From assembly GCA_049323875.1 (NCBI GenBank), contig JBMOLW010000001.1, positions 160,073 through 224,072 of the forward strand: DNA of 64,000 nt, in the 5' to 3' direction. A model generated the notes under the pieces. The model searched no databases, was not told the origin of the DNA, and saw only the letters and a list, made by a program, of their open reading frames with translations. This DNA is from Nitrospirota bacterium (GTDB taxonomy: Bacteria; Nitrospirota; Thermodesulfovibrionia; Thermodesulfovibrionales; SM23-35). How positions within the stretch are numbered: the stretch's first letter is position 1; each line of letters begins with the position of its first letter. Both the position numbers and the translations under genes were made by a program. Shown piece after piece: positions 40,146-50,104 of the stretch.

Positions 40146-41712
40146 AAGACCAGTTCACACAATCTCGAAGGCAGACTTCGATGCCGTCATTTTCGACCTT
40201 GACGGAGTTGTAACCGATACAGCATCCGTCCATGCGGAGGCATGGAAGAAGATGTTCGATGAGTTTCTGTCCAGGCATGCCGCTGGCCGGAATATACCCT
40301 TTCAGCCGTTTGATATCGAGAGGGATTATCTCCTGTATGTCGACGGCAAACCGCGCATAGATGGTGTGAGAAGCTTCCTTGAGTCAAGGAGTATTGATCT
40401 GTCTGAAGGAGGACCGGATGATACACCGGGCACGGAAACCGTTCACGGTCTGGGTAAATTAAAGAACGGGTATTTTCTAAGACATATTAAGGAGCACGGC
40501 GCAGTGGTTTATGAGTCAACAGTAGAATTCATACACAGATTAAAAAAGCATGGCTTCAAAACAGCAATTATTTCGTCGAGTAAGAATTGTGCCATGATTC
40601 TCGATTCGGTGAATCTTACCGATCTGTTTGAAGTGAGGGTCGACGGCGTGGATTCCGAGGTTCTGGGGATTCAGGGCAAACCTGCGCCGGATATCTTCCT
40701 TGAAGCAGCCAAACAGCTTGACGTGAAACCTGAACGCGCTGTGGTGATTGAAGATGCCATTTCAGGGGTTCAGGCCGGACAGGCCGGGAAATTCGGCCTT
40801 GTGATCGGTGTGGCGCGGACAGGCGACAGAGATTCCCTGCTGAAAAACGGGGCTGACGTTGCAGTCGAAGATCTGGCAGAGATCACCGTCCTGGCAGAGG
40901 CTGAAAAGCCGAAGACTTTGCCCTCCGCACTGGAAAGTTTTGAAGAAATTGCCCGCAGAAGCAGGGGTAACCGAATTGCCGTATTTCTTGACTACGACGG
41001 GACGCTCACCCCTATAGTGGAGACGCCTGACAGGGCAGTGATGTCTGACGAGATGCGTGAGACCGTTATAAAGCTTTCCCGTCACTGTACGGTAGGCATA
41101 ATCAGCGGCCGGGACCTTAACGACGTTAAGGATAAAGTGCGCATTGATTCAATCGTCTATGCAGGGAGTCACGGTTTCGATATCTCAGGCCCTGAAGGGC
41201 TGCAGGTGAAAAATGAGACCGGGACCGAATTTCTGCCTGTTCTCGATGAGGCTGAAAAAAAGCTTTCCACAAAACTTGGACACATACAGGGGGTTCTTGT
41301 GGAAAGGAAGCGGTTTGCGATTGCCGTCCATTATCGCCTCGCAGCCCCGGAGAAGGTTGAACAGGTTGAGGAGACTGTGGACATAGTTGCGGCAGGCCAC
41401 CCTGAACTGAGAAAGGCATACGGCAAAAAGATATTCGAGCTTCAGCCGGATATCGACTGGCATAAGGGGAAGGCTCTGCTTGCCCTGCTGAAAACCCTGA
41501 AACTCGATGGCCCCGATGTCCTGCCTTTTTATATCGGAGATGATGTAACAGATGAGGACGCATTCAGGGCGCTTGAAGACCGCGGCATCGGGATTGTTGT
41601 CTGGGATAGACCCTATGAAACAGCGGCTTGGTATAGTTTAAACAATCCGGATGAGGTCAGGGAATTTCTCCTGAAACTTATTCCTCTGTGTAAGGGAGGT
41701 AACCATGAATAA
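40135..41712 (+). CDS. otsB: Beta-phosphoglucomutase-like HAD domain fused to trehalose-6-phosphate phosphatase
   Basis: N-domain FDLDGVVTDTA...GKPAPDIF...EDAISGV. C-domain FLDYDGTLTPI...YAGSHG...IGDDVTDEDAF. Confidence 0.85.
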   Translation: MGRRRPVHTISKADFDAVIFDLDGVVTDTASVHAEAWKKMFDEFLSRHAAGRNIPFQPFDIERDYLLYVDGKPRIDGVRSFLESRSIDLSEGGPDDTPGTETVHGLGKLKNGYFLRHIKEHGAVVYESTVEFIHRLKKHGFKTAIISSSKNCAMILDSVNLTDLFEVRVDGVDSEVLGIQGKPAPDIFLEAAKQLDVKPERAVVIEDAISGVQAGQAGKFGLVIGVARTGDRDSLLKNGADVAVEDLAEITVLAEAEKPKTLPSALESFEEIARRSRGNRIAVFLDYDGTLTPIVETPDRAVMSDEMRETVIKLSRHCTVGIISGRDLNDVKDKVRIDSIVYAGSHGFDISGPEGLQVKNETGTEFLPVLDEAEKKLSTKLGHIQGVLVERKRFAIAVHYRLAAPEKVEQVEETVDIVAAGHPELRKAYGKKIFELQPDIDWHKGKALLALLKTLKLDGPDVLPFYIGDDVTDEDAFRALEDRGIGIVVWDRPYETAAWYSLNNPDEVREFLLKLIPLCKGGNHE

Positions 41713-44101
41713 CTGGACACTGCTCTATGAAGAATTTGATCCTGCAAAGGAAAGTCTCAGGGAAGCTCTCTGCACCCTGGGCAATGGATATTTTGCCACA
41801 CGCGGAGCAGCGCCTGAATCAGAGGCAGGTGAGATTCATTACCCGGGCACCTATCTTGCAGGAGGGTATAACCGTCTGAAAACGGACATCGCCGGACGGG
41901 TGGTCGAAAATGAAGACCTGGTAAATATGCCGAACTGGCTGCTCATGAAATGGAGAGTTGAAGACGGCGATTGGTTTAACCTGATGTCCGTTGAGATCCT
42001 TTCCTACCGTCAGGAACTGAACATGAAAGAGGGGGTTCTCACCAGAACAGTGAGCTCCAGAGATAAACAGGGTCATAAGACGACCGTTATTCAGCGGCGC
42101 TTTGTCCATATGGCAGATATGCATCTTGCGGCGATCGAGACAACTCTTATTCCTGAGAATTGGTCAGGACGCTTGCAAATCCACTCGGGTCTTGACGGTA
42201 CGGTTATCAACGCGGGAGTCGAACGGTATAAGCAATTGAACAGCAAACACCTTGAGCCTCTCCAGTCCGGCATATCTGACGATGAGATTCTGTACCTTGT
42301 CGTAAAAACCAATCAATCCCGGATCCGCGTTGCAGAGGCCGCAAGAAACCGCGTTTTCACGGGTGAAGAACTCATGAATGTCGAGAGAACGGTTGTCGAA
42401 GAAACAGGGTTTATCGCCCAGGACTTCTTCCTTGATGTCACTCAGGATAAGCCGGTGCGTTTCGAGAAGATCGTGTCGTTCTACACTTCCAGAGATTTTG
42501 CCATCTCCGAGCCTGCTCTGGATGCTGTCGAGGCTCTCCGGCATTCAGGGAATATCGCCGAGCTGTTTGAAAGCCACAGGACAGAATGGGAACATCTCTG
42601 GGACAGGTGCGATATCCAGGTGTCTGATAATAACCGGGCGCAAATGATTCTCCGGCTGCATATCTTCCATCTGCTGCAGACAGTTTCCCGCAATTCGACT
42701 GATCTCGATATCGGGGTACCTGCACGGGGCTGGCACGGGGAGGCTTACCGGGGGCATATCTTCTGGGACGAACTGTTTATCTTCCCCTATCTCAACCTGA
42801 GGACCCCCATGCTCACGAGGTCTCTGCTGCTTTACCGTTACCGGCGCTTAAACCGGGCACGGCTTGCGGCTCAGGAAGAGGGATATCAAGGGGCACTCTA
42901 TCCCTGGCAGAGCGGAAGCAACGGAAGAGAAGAAACCCAGAAGCTCCACCTGAACCCCAAGTCAGGGAGGTGGCTGCCTGACAACACCCACCTCCAGCGC
43001 CATGTGAACGCAGCCCTGGCATATAACGTCTGGCAATATTTTGAAACAGCGGGGGACCTCGAATTTATGGCTACGTACGGTGCGGAAATGATTCTCGAAA
43101 TCGCCAGATTTCTTGCGAGCACAACCACGTTCAACAAGGAACTCGGACGGCACGAGATCCTCGGGGTCATGGGCCCCGATGAATATCATGATAAATATCC
43201 TGACTCCGAAGAACCGGGGCTGAACAATAATTCTTATACCAATACTATGACGGTCTGGGTATTGCGCACTGCCATCAAAGCCCTCAACCTGTTGGACCGC
43301 AGAAGGAGCCATGACCTGCGGGAAGCGATCAGGCTGGAAGACGCCGAGATCAACCGCTGGAATGATATCATCCAGACAATGCGGATAGTATTTCATGACG
43401 ACGGTATTATAAGCCAGTTCGAAGGATATGATGAGTTACTGGAGTTCGACTGGGAAGGATACCGGAAGAAGTATGGCAATATCCAGCGTCTTGACCGCAT
43501 CCTCGAGGCTGAAGGAGATTCCACGAATCGATACAAGGCATCGAAACAGGCTGATGTACTGATGCTTTTTTATCTCTTCTCTGCAGAGGAACTGAGTGAA
43601 CTTTTCCGTGAGATGGGATACGATTTCGACCCGCAGACCATTCCCAAGAATATAGACTATTATCTGGAACGCAGTTCCAACGGTTCCACCCTCAGCAATG
43701 TGGTTCACTCATGGGTCCTTGCCAGGTCAGCCCGTCCCGGTTCCTGGGAACTTTTCAACAAGGCACTGGAAAGCGATGTCTCGGATATTCAGGGGGGCAC
43801 CACACATGAAGGGATACACCTGGGTGCAATGGCAGGCACTGTTGATATTCTCCAGAGGTGCTATACCGGCATGGAATTCTGCAATGAACTGCTTCACCTG
43901 AACCCAAGGATTCCTGAAGGGCTGAAAAAACTCATACTCAAGATCAAGTACCGGGGGAACTGGTTTGACATAAAGATTAAGCCGGAAGAACTTGAAATTT
44001 CTTCGAGCAGGTACCGGGACTTGATGGCCAAGGTCTGTTTCCGCGGAAAGGAATATGAAATTAAGCCCGGGGACACCCTGAAATTCAGCATTCAGGGATG
44101 A
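41705..44101 (+). CDS. GH65 glycoside phosphorylase (trehalose/trehalose-6-phosphate phosphorylase-like)
   Basis: Motifs TLGNGYFATRG, GEAYRGHIFWDE, VMGPDEYH, KQADVLML and GSTLS. Confidence 0.88.
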   Translation: MNNWTLLYEEFDPAKESLREALCTLGNGYFATRGAAPESEAGEIHYPGTYLAGGYNRLKTDIAGRVVENEDLVNMPNWLLMKWRVEDGDWFNLMSVEILSYRQELNMKEGVLTRTVSSRDKQGHKTTVIQRRFVHMADMHLAAIETTLIPENWSGRLQIHSGLDGTVINAGVERYKQLNSKHLEPLQSGISDDEILYLVVKTNQSRIRVAEAARNRVFTGEELMNVERTVVEETGFIAQDFFLDVTQDKPVRFEKIVSFYTSRDFAISEPALDAVEALRHSGNIAELFESHRTEWEHLWDRCDIQVSDNNRAQMILRLHIFHLLQTVSRNSTDLDIGVPARGWHGEAYRGHIFWDELFIFPYLNLRTPMLTRSLLLYRYRRLNRARLAAQEEGYQGALYPWQSGSNGREETQKLHLNPKSGRWLPDNTHLQRHVNAALAYNVWQYFETAGDLEFMATYGAEMILEIARFLASTTTFNKELGRHEILGVMGPDEYHDKYPDSEEPGLNNNSYTNTMTVWVLRTAIKALNLLDRRRSHDLREAIRLEDAEINRWNDIIQTMRIVFHDDGIISQFEGYDELLEFDWEGYRKKYGNIQRLDRILEAEGDSTNRYKASKQADVLMLFYLFSAEELSELFREMGYDFDPQTIPKNIDYYLERSSNGSTLSNVVHSWVLARSARPGSWELFNKALESDVSDIQGGTTHEGIHLGAMAGTVDILQRCYTGMEFCNELLHLNPRIPEGLKKLILKIKYRGNWFDIKIKPEELEISSSRYRDLMAKVCFRGKEYEIKPGDTLKFSIQG

Positions 44102-44126
44102 TCAACGGGAGAGAAGGAGGTTTTTA

Positions 44127-45014
44127 ATGGAAATAAATGCATATCTCAAGAAAACAATCGAATGGCTGCTCACAAGCGGATTGCATATTGCCCTGATTCT
44201 GGTTTTGACTTTTGTGGCATTGAAAGCAACGAAAGCGCTCTCAATGCGTCTTATCGATCTTCTGACAAAACAGAAAGAGGAACCGGAATTCCAGAAGCGC
44301 ACCCAGACCCTCGTCTCGATTGTCCGGTATACCCTGACCGTGGTCATCTTGGTCGTTGCGTCGATGACCGTACTGAACGAGTTCGGAATAGAAATCGGCC
44401 CTCTCCTTGCCGCTGCCGGAATCGTCGGGTTGGCTGTAGGGTTTGGTGCTCAGAGCCTGGTGAAAGACGTAATCAGCGGTTTCTTCATTCTTCTGGAAGA
44501 CCAGATCCGGGTAGGTGACGTTGTGCAGATCGCAGGGAAAGGCGGGCTGGTCGAAAAAATAAACCTGAAAACCACTATTTTGCGGGACCTTGCAGGCAAT
44601 GTCCATTACGTTCCGAACGGTCATATCGACGTGGTGACCAACATGACGAAAGACTATTCACGGTATGTCTTTGATATCGGTGTTGCATACAGGGAAGATG
44701 TGGATGAGGTGATCGAGGTTATCAAGGAAGTTGACGGGGACATGCGGGATGACCCTGAATTCAGGGATGATATACTGGAGCCTATAGAAATATTGGGGCT
44801 CGACCAGTTCGCTGACTCAGCAGTCATCATCAGGGCACGCACCACAACAATGCCCATAAAGCAGTGGCGGGTAGCACGGGAATTCAACCGTCGCCTGAAA
44901 AAGAAATTCGACGAAAGGAATATCGAAATCCCCTTCCCGCATGTCACCCTCTACATGGGGCAGGATAAGAAAGGGCAGTCTCCGCCGCTCCATGTGGTTA
45001 AGGAAGGCAGATAA
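44127..45014 (+). CDS. mscS: Small-conductance mechanosensitive channel (YbiO-like)
   Basis: Motifs GLAVGFGAQSLVKDVISGFFILLEDQIRVGD and IEIPFP. Confidence 0.9.
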   Translation: MEINAYLKKTIEWLLTSGLHIALILVLTFVALKATKALSMRLIDLLTKQKEEPEFQKRTQTLVSIVRYTLTVVILVVASMTVLNEFGIEIGPLLAAAGIVGLAVGFGAQSLVKDVISGFFILLEDQIRVGDVVQIAGKGGLVEKINLKTTILRDLAGNVHYVPNGHIDVVTNMTKDYSRYVFDIGVAYREDVDEVIEVIKEVDGDMRDDPEFRDDILEPIEILGLDQFADSAVIIRARTTTMPIKQWRVAREFNRRLKKKFDERNIEIPFPHVTLYMGQDKKGQSPPLHVVKEGR

Positions 45015-45041
45015 AGAATCTTTATGGATTCAGGAGGGCAT

Positions 45042-46706
45042 ATGGGCAAAAAAAAGCGTTTTATTCTAATTACCGGCATCTTGGTCCTTGGATTGCTGTC
45101 ATTCGGCTATTTCAGTGTTTACGCAGAAAAGGCAACATCACCAGAAAAATCAGTTGATACCGGGATATGTTACGGCTGTCACGGCATTATCAGAAATCTC
45201 CATACATCAGGCAGGCATACAGACATCCATTGTTCCTCTTGTCATGCAGGCATTGAGCGGCATCTCAACGCTCCGCTCCCGGCAAACAGGCCGATAACAG
45301 ACACATCATGGGAAACCTGCGGGCAATGTCATAAATACCAGTATGATAGCTTCATGAAGGGTTCCTATCACAGACCGGCACGGGATGAAAAGTCCCTGCT
45401 TACGAACAGGTCGCCGAACCCTTTCTGGGACAGGATTATGATGGGACACAGTTTTACTATTGAACATGCCTTAACCCGCCCCCATACCTGGATGCTTATT
45501 GATCATCTCGTCGTCGACAGGGCATACGGAGGACGCTTCCAGGGCAGGAACGGCTGGCAGTACATTTTTGAAAGGGGCAGGGCATGGGATGTACTCGTGG
45601 ACAGATATCCTGACTCATCTGAACATAAACCGTTCATCCCGCAGAGTGATGCAGCCGCAAACCCCGTCTGTCTGCAATGCAAATCACAGGACCATATTCT
45701 CGATTGGGCATATTTGGGTGACCCGGGAAAGGGTGCAAAATGGTCGAGGACATCCAATGTGGTCGAACTCGCAAGGACTCTACAGCACGGGGTGAACTGT
45801 TACCATTGCCACGACCCTCATGCTGCAAAGCCAAGGATTGTAAGAGATGCACTAATTGAAGCCCTCACAAGGCCCGAGAAAGATACGCTCTGGCACAAAG
45901 ACCCGGACAGGACGGAAATCAGGGTTATGGAAATGGGCATGAGGGGATATACGAGGAACATAGCATTGCTTGACAGGTATGACACAAAGCTGCAATGCGG
46001 TCAATGCCATGTGGAGTATACCTGCAACCCCGGATATGATCTCAAAAATCCCGATACTTCGCAATATACCGTTACCATGGAAGACAGGAGGACAAACCAC
46101 ATCCCCTATAAAGAGGTTTTCGACCTGTATGACCATTATGTTACCAAGAACAATTTTCTTGATTTCAAACACACACTTACCGGAGGACTTCTCTGGAAGG
46201 CTCAGCACTCAGAAGCTGAAACGTATTATTATTCGAAGCATTCCAGGGCAGGCGCAGGATGCAATGACTGTCATGCACCCAAGAAAAAAGACAAGGAATC
46301 CGGCAAAATTTATACCTCCCATGTTCCGCTAACCCCGAAAGTTCAGCTTCAAGAAACCTGTATGAAATGCCATCCCTCATGGACAGAGGAGAGGGCAACC
46401 TATGCAATCGACTCTATAAAAACATATACGAAGGGAAGGATGAGGAAAGCGGAATTCTGGCTTGTTGCATTGATTGATAATATTGTTGAAGCCAAAAAGG
46501 CCGGGGTGGATCTGCAAACCATAGAGAAAGCCCGGGATCAGCATCTCAGGGCGCATATCCTCTGGGAGTGGTGGACCGCGGAAAACTCCGACGGCTTCCA
46601 TAATCCGGGGGCTGCAAGGGAATCTCTCACGCGCTCAATCGATGAATCGCAGAAAGGAATTGAAATGCTTAATGCTGCAATGGCTGCAGGGAGAAAAGGC
46701 AATTGA
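45042..46706 (+). CDS. Octaheme cytochrome c nitrite reductase (ONR, NrfA-related)
   Basis: Seven CxxCH motifs (CYGCH, CSSCH, CGQCH, CYHCH, CGQCH, CNDCH, CMKCH) plus the active-site CLQCK. Also CHVEYTC, KAQHSE and WWTAENSDGFHNP. N-terminal signal/anchor. Confidence 0.88.
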   Translation: MGKKKRFILITGILVLGLLSFGYFSVYAEKATSPEKSVDTGICYGCHGIIRNLHTSGRHTDIHCSSCHAGIERHLNAPLPANRPITDTSWETCGQCHKYQYDSFMKGSYHRPARDEKSLLTNRSPNPFWDRIMMGHSFTIEHALTRPHTWMLIDHLVVDRAYGGRFQGRNGWQYIFERGRAWDVLVDRYPDSSEHKPFIPQSDAAANPVCLQCKSQDHILDWAYLGDPGKGAKWSRTSNVVELARTLQHGVNCYHCHDPHAAKPRIVRDALIEALTRPEKDTLWHKDPDRTEIRVMEMGMRGYTRNIALLDRYDTKLQCGQCHVEYTCNPGYDLKNPDTSQYTVTMEDRRTNHIPYKEVFDLYDHYVTKNNFLDFKHTLTGGLLWKAQHSEAETYYYSKHSRAGAGCNDCHAPKKKDKESGKIYTSHVPLTPKVQLQETCMKCHPSWTEERATYAIDSIKTYTKGRMRKAEFWLVALIDNIVEAKKAGVDLQTIEKARDQHLRAHILWEWWTAENSDGFHNPGAARESLTRSIDESQKGIEMLNAAMAAGRKGN

Positions 46707-48379
46707 TCTTGTTTGACGACATGTTTCACGAAATTGCTCTCCTGCTTTTGATAGCTTCGGTAGTAAGCGCGCTGGTGCTCCGAATGCGGCAGCCCCTTAT
46801 TGTCGCCTATATCCTGGTGGGCATTCTCGTGGGACCGTCCGTATTCGGAATCATAACCGTCCGTGACGAAGTCGACCTCCTGGCACAAATGGGCATTTCC
46901 ATACTCCTCTTTGTGGTCGGATTGAAACTCGATCTCCACCTGATACGCACCATGGGACCTGTTGCCCTGGCAACCGGTTTGGGCCAGGTGGTCTTCACTT
47001 CTGTAGTGGGCTATTTTCTCTCGCTGGCTTTGGGGTTCACACCGGTGACAGCCCTTTATATAGCAGTCGCATTGACATTCTCAAGCACAATTATCATAGT
47101 CAAACTGCTATCCGACAAGCGAGAGATCGACGCTTTGTATGGACGGATAGCAGTGGGATTTCTGATCGTGCAAGATATCGTCGTTGTGCTGGTAATGATA
47201 GGGTTAACCACCTTTGGTTCGCCTGATACCTCAGAAGGATTGTGGAGCAATCTGCTGTTATTACTGCTCAAAGGTTTCGCTTTCATCGGCAGCATCGGCC
47301 TTCTCATGCGGTACGTACTCCCCGGACTTCTCCATCACCTCGCTCGCTCACGCGAACTGCTTGTGCTTTTTTCGATTTCATGGGCCGTATCTCTCGCCGT
47401 CACCGGCGAGATGCTCGGTTTCAGCAAGGAGATAGGAGCTTTTGTAGCGGGCATTTCACTCGCATCCACCCCATACCGTGAAGCCATTGGTACACGTCTC
47501 GTAAACCTGAGGGACTTCCTTCTGTTGTTTTTCTTTCTGGATCTGGGCGCCAAGCTTGATATGCAGCAATTATGGGTTCAGGTTACGCCTGCGGTCGTAT
47601 TGTCACTTTTTGTGTTAATCGGCAATCCACTCATCGTAATGGTGATCATGGGAACAATGGGCTACAGGAGACGCACCGGGTTTCTGGCAGGTCTTACGGT
47701 AGCGCAGATCAGTGAATTCTCCCTCATTCTTGGTGCGCTGGGCGTCAGCCTTGGACATATCAATACCGAAGCGCTTGGACTGATCACCCTTGTGGGACTG
47801 ATCACTATCGGCATTTCGACCTATATGATCCTCTATTCACATCCTCTGTACAAGCGGCTGTCGCGATGGTTAAAGATATTTGAGAAAAAAGTGCGCAGAC
47901 GGGAGGATACGGACTCCGGTGCAGACAAGACCGTCCCGGTGGATGTAATTCTTTTTGGTATGGGCCGTTACGGGAGCAATCTCGCCCATAATTTGGCACA
48001 ACGCGGATTGAATGTGCTGGGGGTCGATTTCGATTCTGAAACGGTTGCGCTGCGCAATAACCAGGGCTTCAGAGTATGCTATGGCGATGCTGAAGACCCT
48101 GAATGTCCCTCGGCGTTGCCGTTAAACCAATCGAAGTGGCTCATCAGCACCATACCCCAGTTAGACATTAACCTGGCGCTTCTGGATGCAGTGGTTCATC
48201 AAGGATACCAGGGCCGGAAAGCTTTTGCCTCTCATACGGATTATGACGCAGAAAGGCTTGGTAAGGCCGGAGTCGATCTGATCCTGGCTCCCTTTATCGA
48301 TGCGGCACAAGAAGCTGCGGACAGAATTGCGGGAGGACAAAAACCGGCAGATGAAAGGCGCCTGAGGACGAAAGAATGA
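46703..48379 (+). CDS. CPA2 (KefC-like) cation:proton antiporter with TrkA-N domain
   Basis: Motifs RQPLIVAYILVG, FSSTIIIVKLL, QDI and AQISEFS. C-terminal GMGRYG...YGDA. Confidence 0.88.
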   Translation: MILFDDMFHEIALLLLIASVVSALVLRMRQPLIVAYILVGILVGPSVFGIITVRDEVDLLAQMGISILLFVVGLKLDLHLIRTMGPVALATGLGQVVFTSVVGYFLSLALGFTPVTALYIAVALTFSSTIIIVKLLSDKREIDALYGRIAVGFLIVQDIVVVLVMIGLTTFGSPDTSEGLWSNLLLLLLKGFAFIGSIGLLMRYVLPGLLHHLARSRELLVLFSISWAVSLAVTGEMLGFSKEIGAFVAGISLASTPYREAIGTRLVNLRDFLLLFFFLDLGAKLDMQQLWVQVTPAVVLSLFVLIGNPLIVMVIMGTMGYRRRTGFLAGLTVAQISEFSLILGALGVSLGHINTEALGLITLVGLITIGISTYMILYSHPLYKRLSRWLKIFEKKVRRREDTDSGADKTVPVDVILFGMGRYGSNLAHNLAQRGLNVLGVDFDSETVALRNNQGFRVCYGDAEDPECPSALPLNQSKWLISTIPQLDINLALLDAVVHQGYQGRKAFASHTDYDAERLGKAGVDLILAPFIDAAQEAADRIAGGQKPADERRLRTKE

Positions 48380-49929
48380 GTTTGACTGTACAGGCAATTC
48401 TTGCAATGCTTCCTGTTATCACCATCATGATCATCATGCTCGTTTTCCGGTGGTCCGCTGCCAGAGCAGGGGTCATCGGCCTGGTCGTGACAATCGTCCT
48501 GGCCTTGCTGGGATTCAGCTACGGAACTGACGTTTATCGTGAATTCGGAATAGTCATGGCTCTGGCCGGCGCTTTCTCTGAAGCAATCTTTACTTCGGCT
48601 ACTATCTTATGGATCATCTTTCCCGCTCTGTGCATTCATCATCTGCAGGCTCATACCGGAGCCATCGATACCGTGAAGTTGAAAACTGCGTCTCTGTCAC
48701 CAGATCCGCGAATAGCAGCTCTCTTGATTTTCTGGTTCTTCGCCCTGTTCATCGAAGGTTTGGCGGGGTTTGGTACGCCTGTTGCCCTGACGGCGCCCTT
48801 TCTTGTGGGCATGGGGTTTCGTCCGGTTGAATCAGTAGCGCTGGCCCTAATCGGACACTCGGTCGGAGTATCTTTCGGAGCTGTCGGAACCCCGATTCTG
48901 CCGCAGATTGCTTCAACAGGATTTGACGGTCTCGAATTGTCCGGAGCTACAGGTTTGTACCATGGGATTCTGGGCTGGGTCATGATCTTCATTGCGATGT
49001 TCATGGTTACAAAGTCTTTGGAAGTCAGGAAAGACGCTTCAGGTCATATATGGGTCTGGACTTTTCTTGCCGCCGTCCTCTTTCTATTCCCGTTTTTTGG
49101 AATCTCAAGATGGGTCGGTCCGGAGTTGCCTACGCTTGGTGGGTCCTTATTCGGGGGACTGGGTTTTGTTGCCATACTGAAAATCGCAGGCGATGGAAAC
49201 AAACAGTCTGAAAATAGACCGCCGGCAAAAGATATCAGGGGATCACGGGGGAAATTATTACGTGTGACCGCCCCCTATTGGATTCTCGTATCGCTTATCC
49301 TCATGACACGCCTTATCCCCCGGCTTAGAGAGTTGCTCAGCTCTTTTGCGTGGGAATGGACGCTGCTCGATGCGTTTCACGGGAGGTTCGAGCCTCTTTA
49401 TCATCCCGGAACCATGCTCTTTGTAGGGTTTGTTGCCGGCGCACTCCTGCAGCGTGCGGGACAGGCCGATATGAAAGCGGCTGTTTCCGAGTCTATCAAA
49501 AAGCTTCTGCCAGTAACCATTGCTCTTGTTGCCATGCTGAGTCTTTCACGTATCATGATTCATTCGGGTATGATCGATTCTCTCTCTGCAGGAGCCGCCC
49601 ATGCAGCGGGAAGTTTCTGGCCGGTTCTTTCTCCAATGGTCGGGGTGCTGGGAACATTTGTAACTGGTTCGGCCACAGCCTCAAATATTCTGTTTACCGA
49701 TTTTCAGCAGACGGTTGCCCGGAATCTTGGCCTTCCTGTTCTCACCATGATCGGGGCGCAGGGATTCGGGGCAGCGGTAGGCAACATTATCTGCCCGCAT
49801 AACATTATTGCCGGAGGGGCTACGGTAGGTCTGGCCGGTCAGGAGGGAAAGATACTGGGGAAAACCATTATTGCATGTGTAGTCTATTCGGTTTTGGGCG
49901 GGCTGCTGGCAATGTGGCTAACACGATGA
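48376..49929 (+). CDS. L-lactate/glycolate permease (LctP family)
   Basis: Motifs FIEGLAGFGTP, SFGAVGTP, TGSATASNILF and GNIICPHNI. Confidence 0.88.
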   Translation: MSLTVQAILAMLPVITIMIIMLVFRWSAARAGVIGLVVTIVLALLGFSYGTDVYREFGIVMALAGAFSEAIFTSATILWIIFPALCIHHLQAHTGAIDTVKLKTASLSPDPRIAALLIFWFFALFIEGLAGFGTPVALTAPFLVGMGFRPVESVALALIGHSVGVSFGAVGTPILPQIASTGFDGLELSGATGLYHGILGWVMIFIAMFMVTKSLEVRKDASGHIWVWTFLAAVLFLFPFFGISRWVGPELPTLGGSLFGGLGFVAILKIAGDGNKQSENRPPAKDIRGSRGKLLRVTAPYWILVSLILMTRLIPRLRELLSSFAWEWTLLDAFHGRFEPLYHPGTMLFVGFVAGALLQRAGQADMKAAVSESIKKLLPVTIALVAMLSLSRIMIHSGMIDSLSAGAAHAAGSFWPVLSPMVGVLGTFVTGSATASNILFTDFQQTVARNLGLPVLTMIGAQGFGAAVGNIICPHNIIAGGATVGLAGQEGKILGKTIIACVVYSVLGGLLAMWLTR

Positions 49930-49957
49930 ACTGTTCGAAATGAATATTAAGTGGTTC

Positions 49958-50044
49958 GTCATCACTCGACTTGATCGGAGAATCCAGTTCTGAATATTTT
50001 CAGGAAAATAGTTTCTGGATTATCCGGTCAAGCCGGATAATGAC
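49958..50044. repeat. REP/RPE-like palindromic element
   Basis: 30-bp inverted arms GTCATCACTCGACTTGATCGGAGAATCCAG and CTGGATTATCCGGTCAAGCCGGATAATGAC (24/30 complementary), each with an internal hairpin, around an AT-rich spacer. Confidence 0.75.
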
Positions 50045-50104
50045 AGATAAAACATGATTGTATATTCGATCTAATTAAATTTTATCCGGAAAGGAGGTTC
50101 GCTG

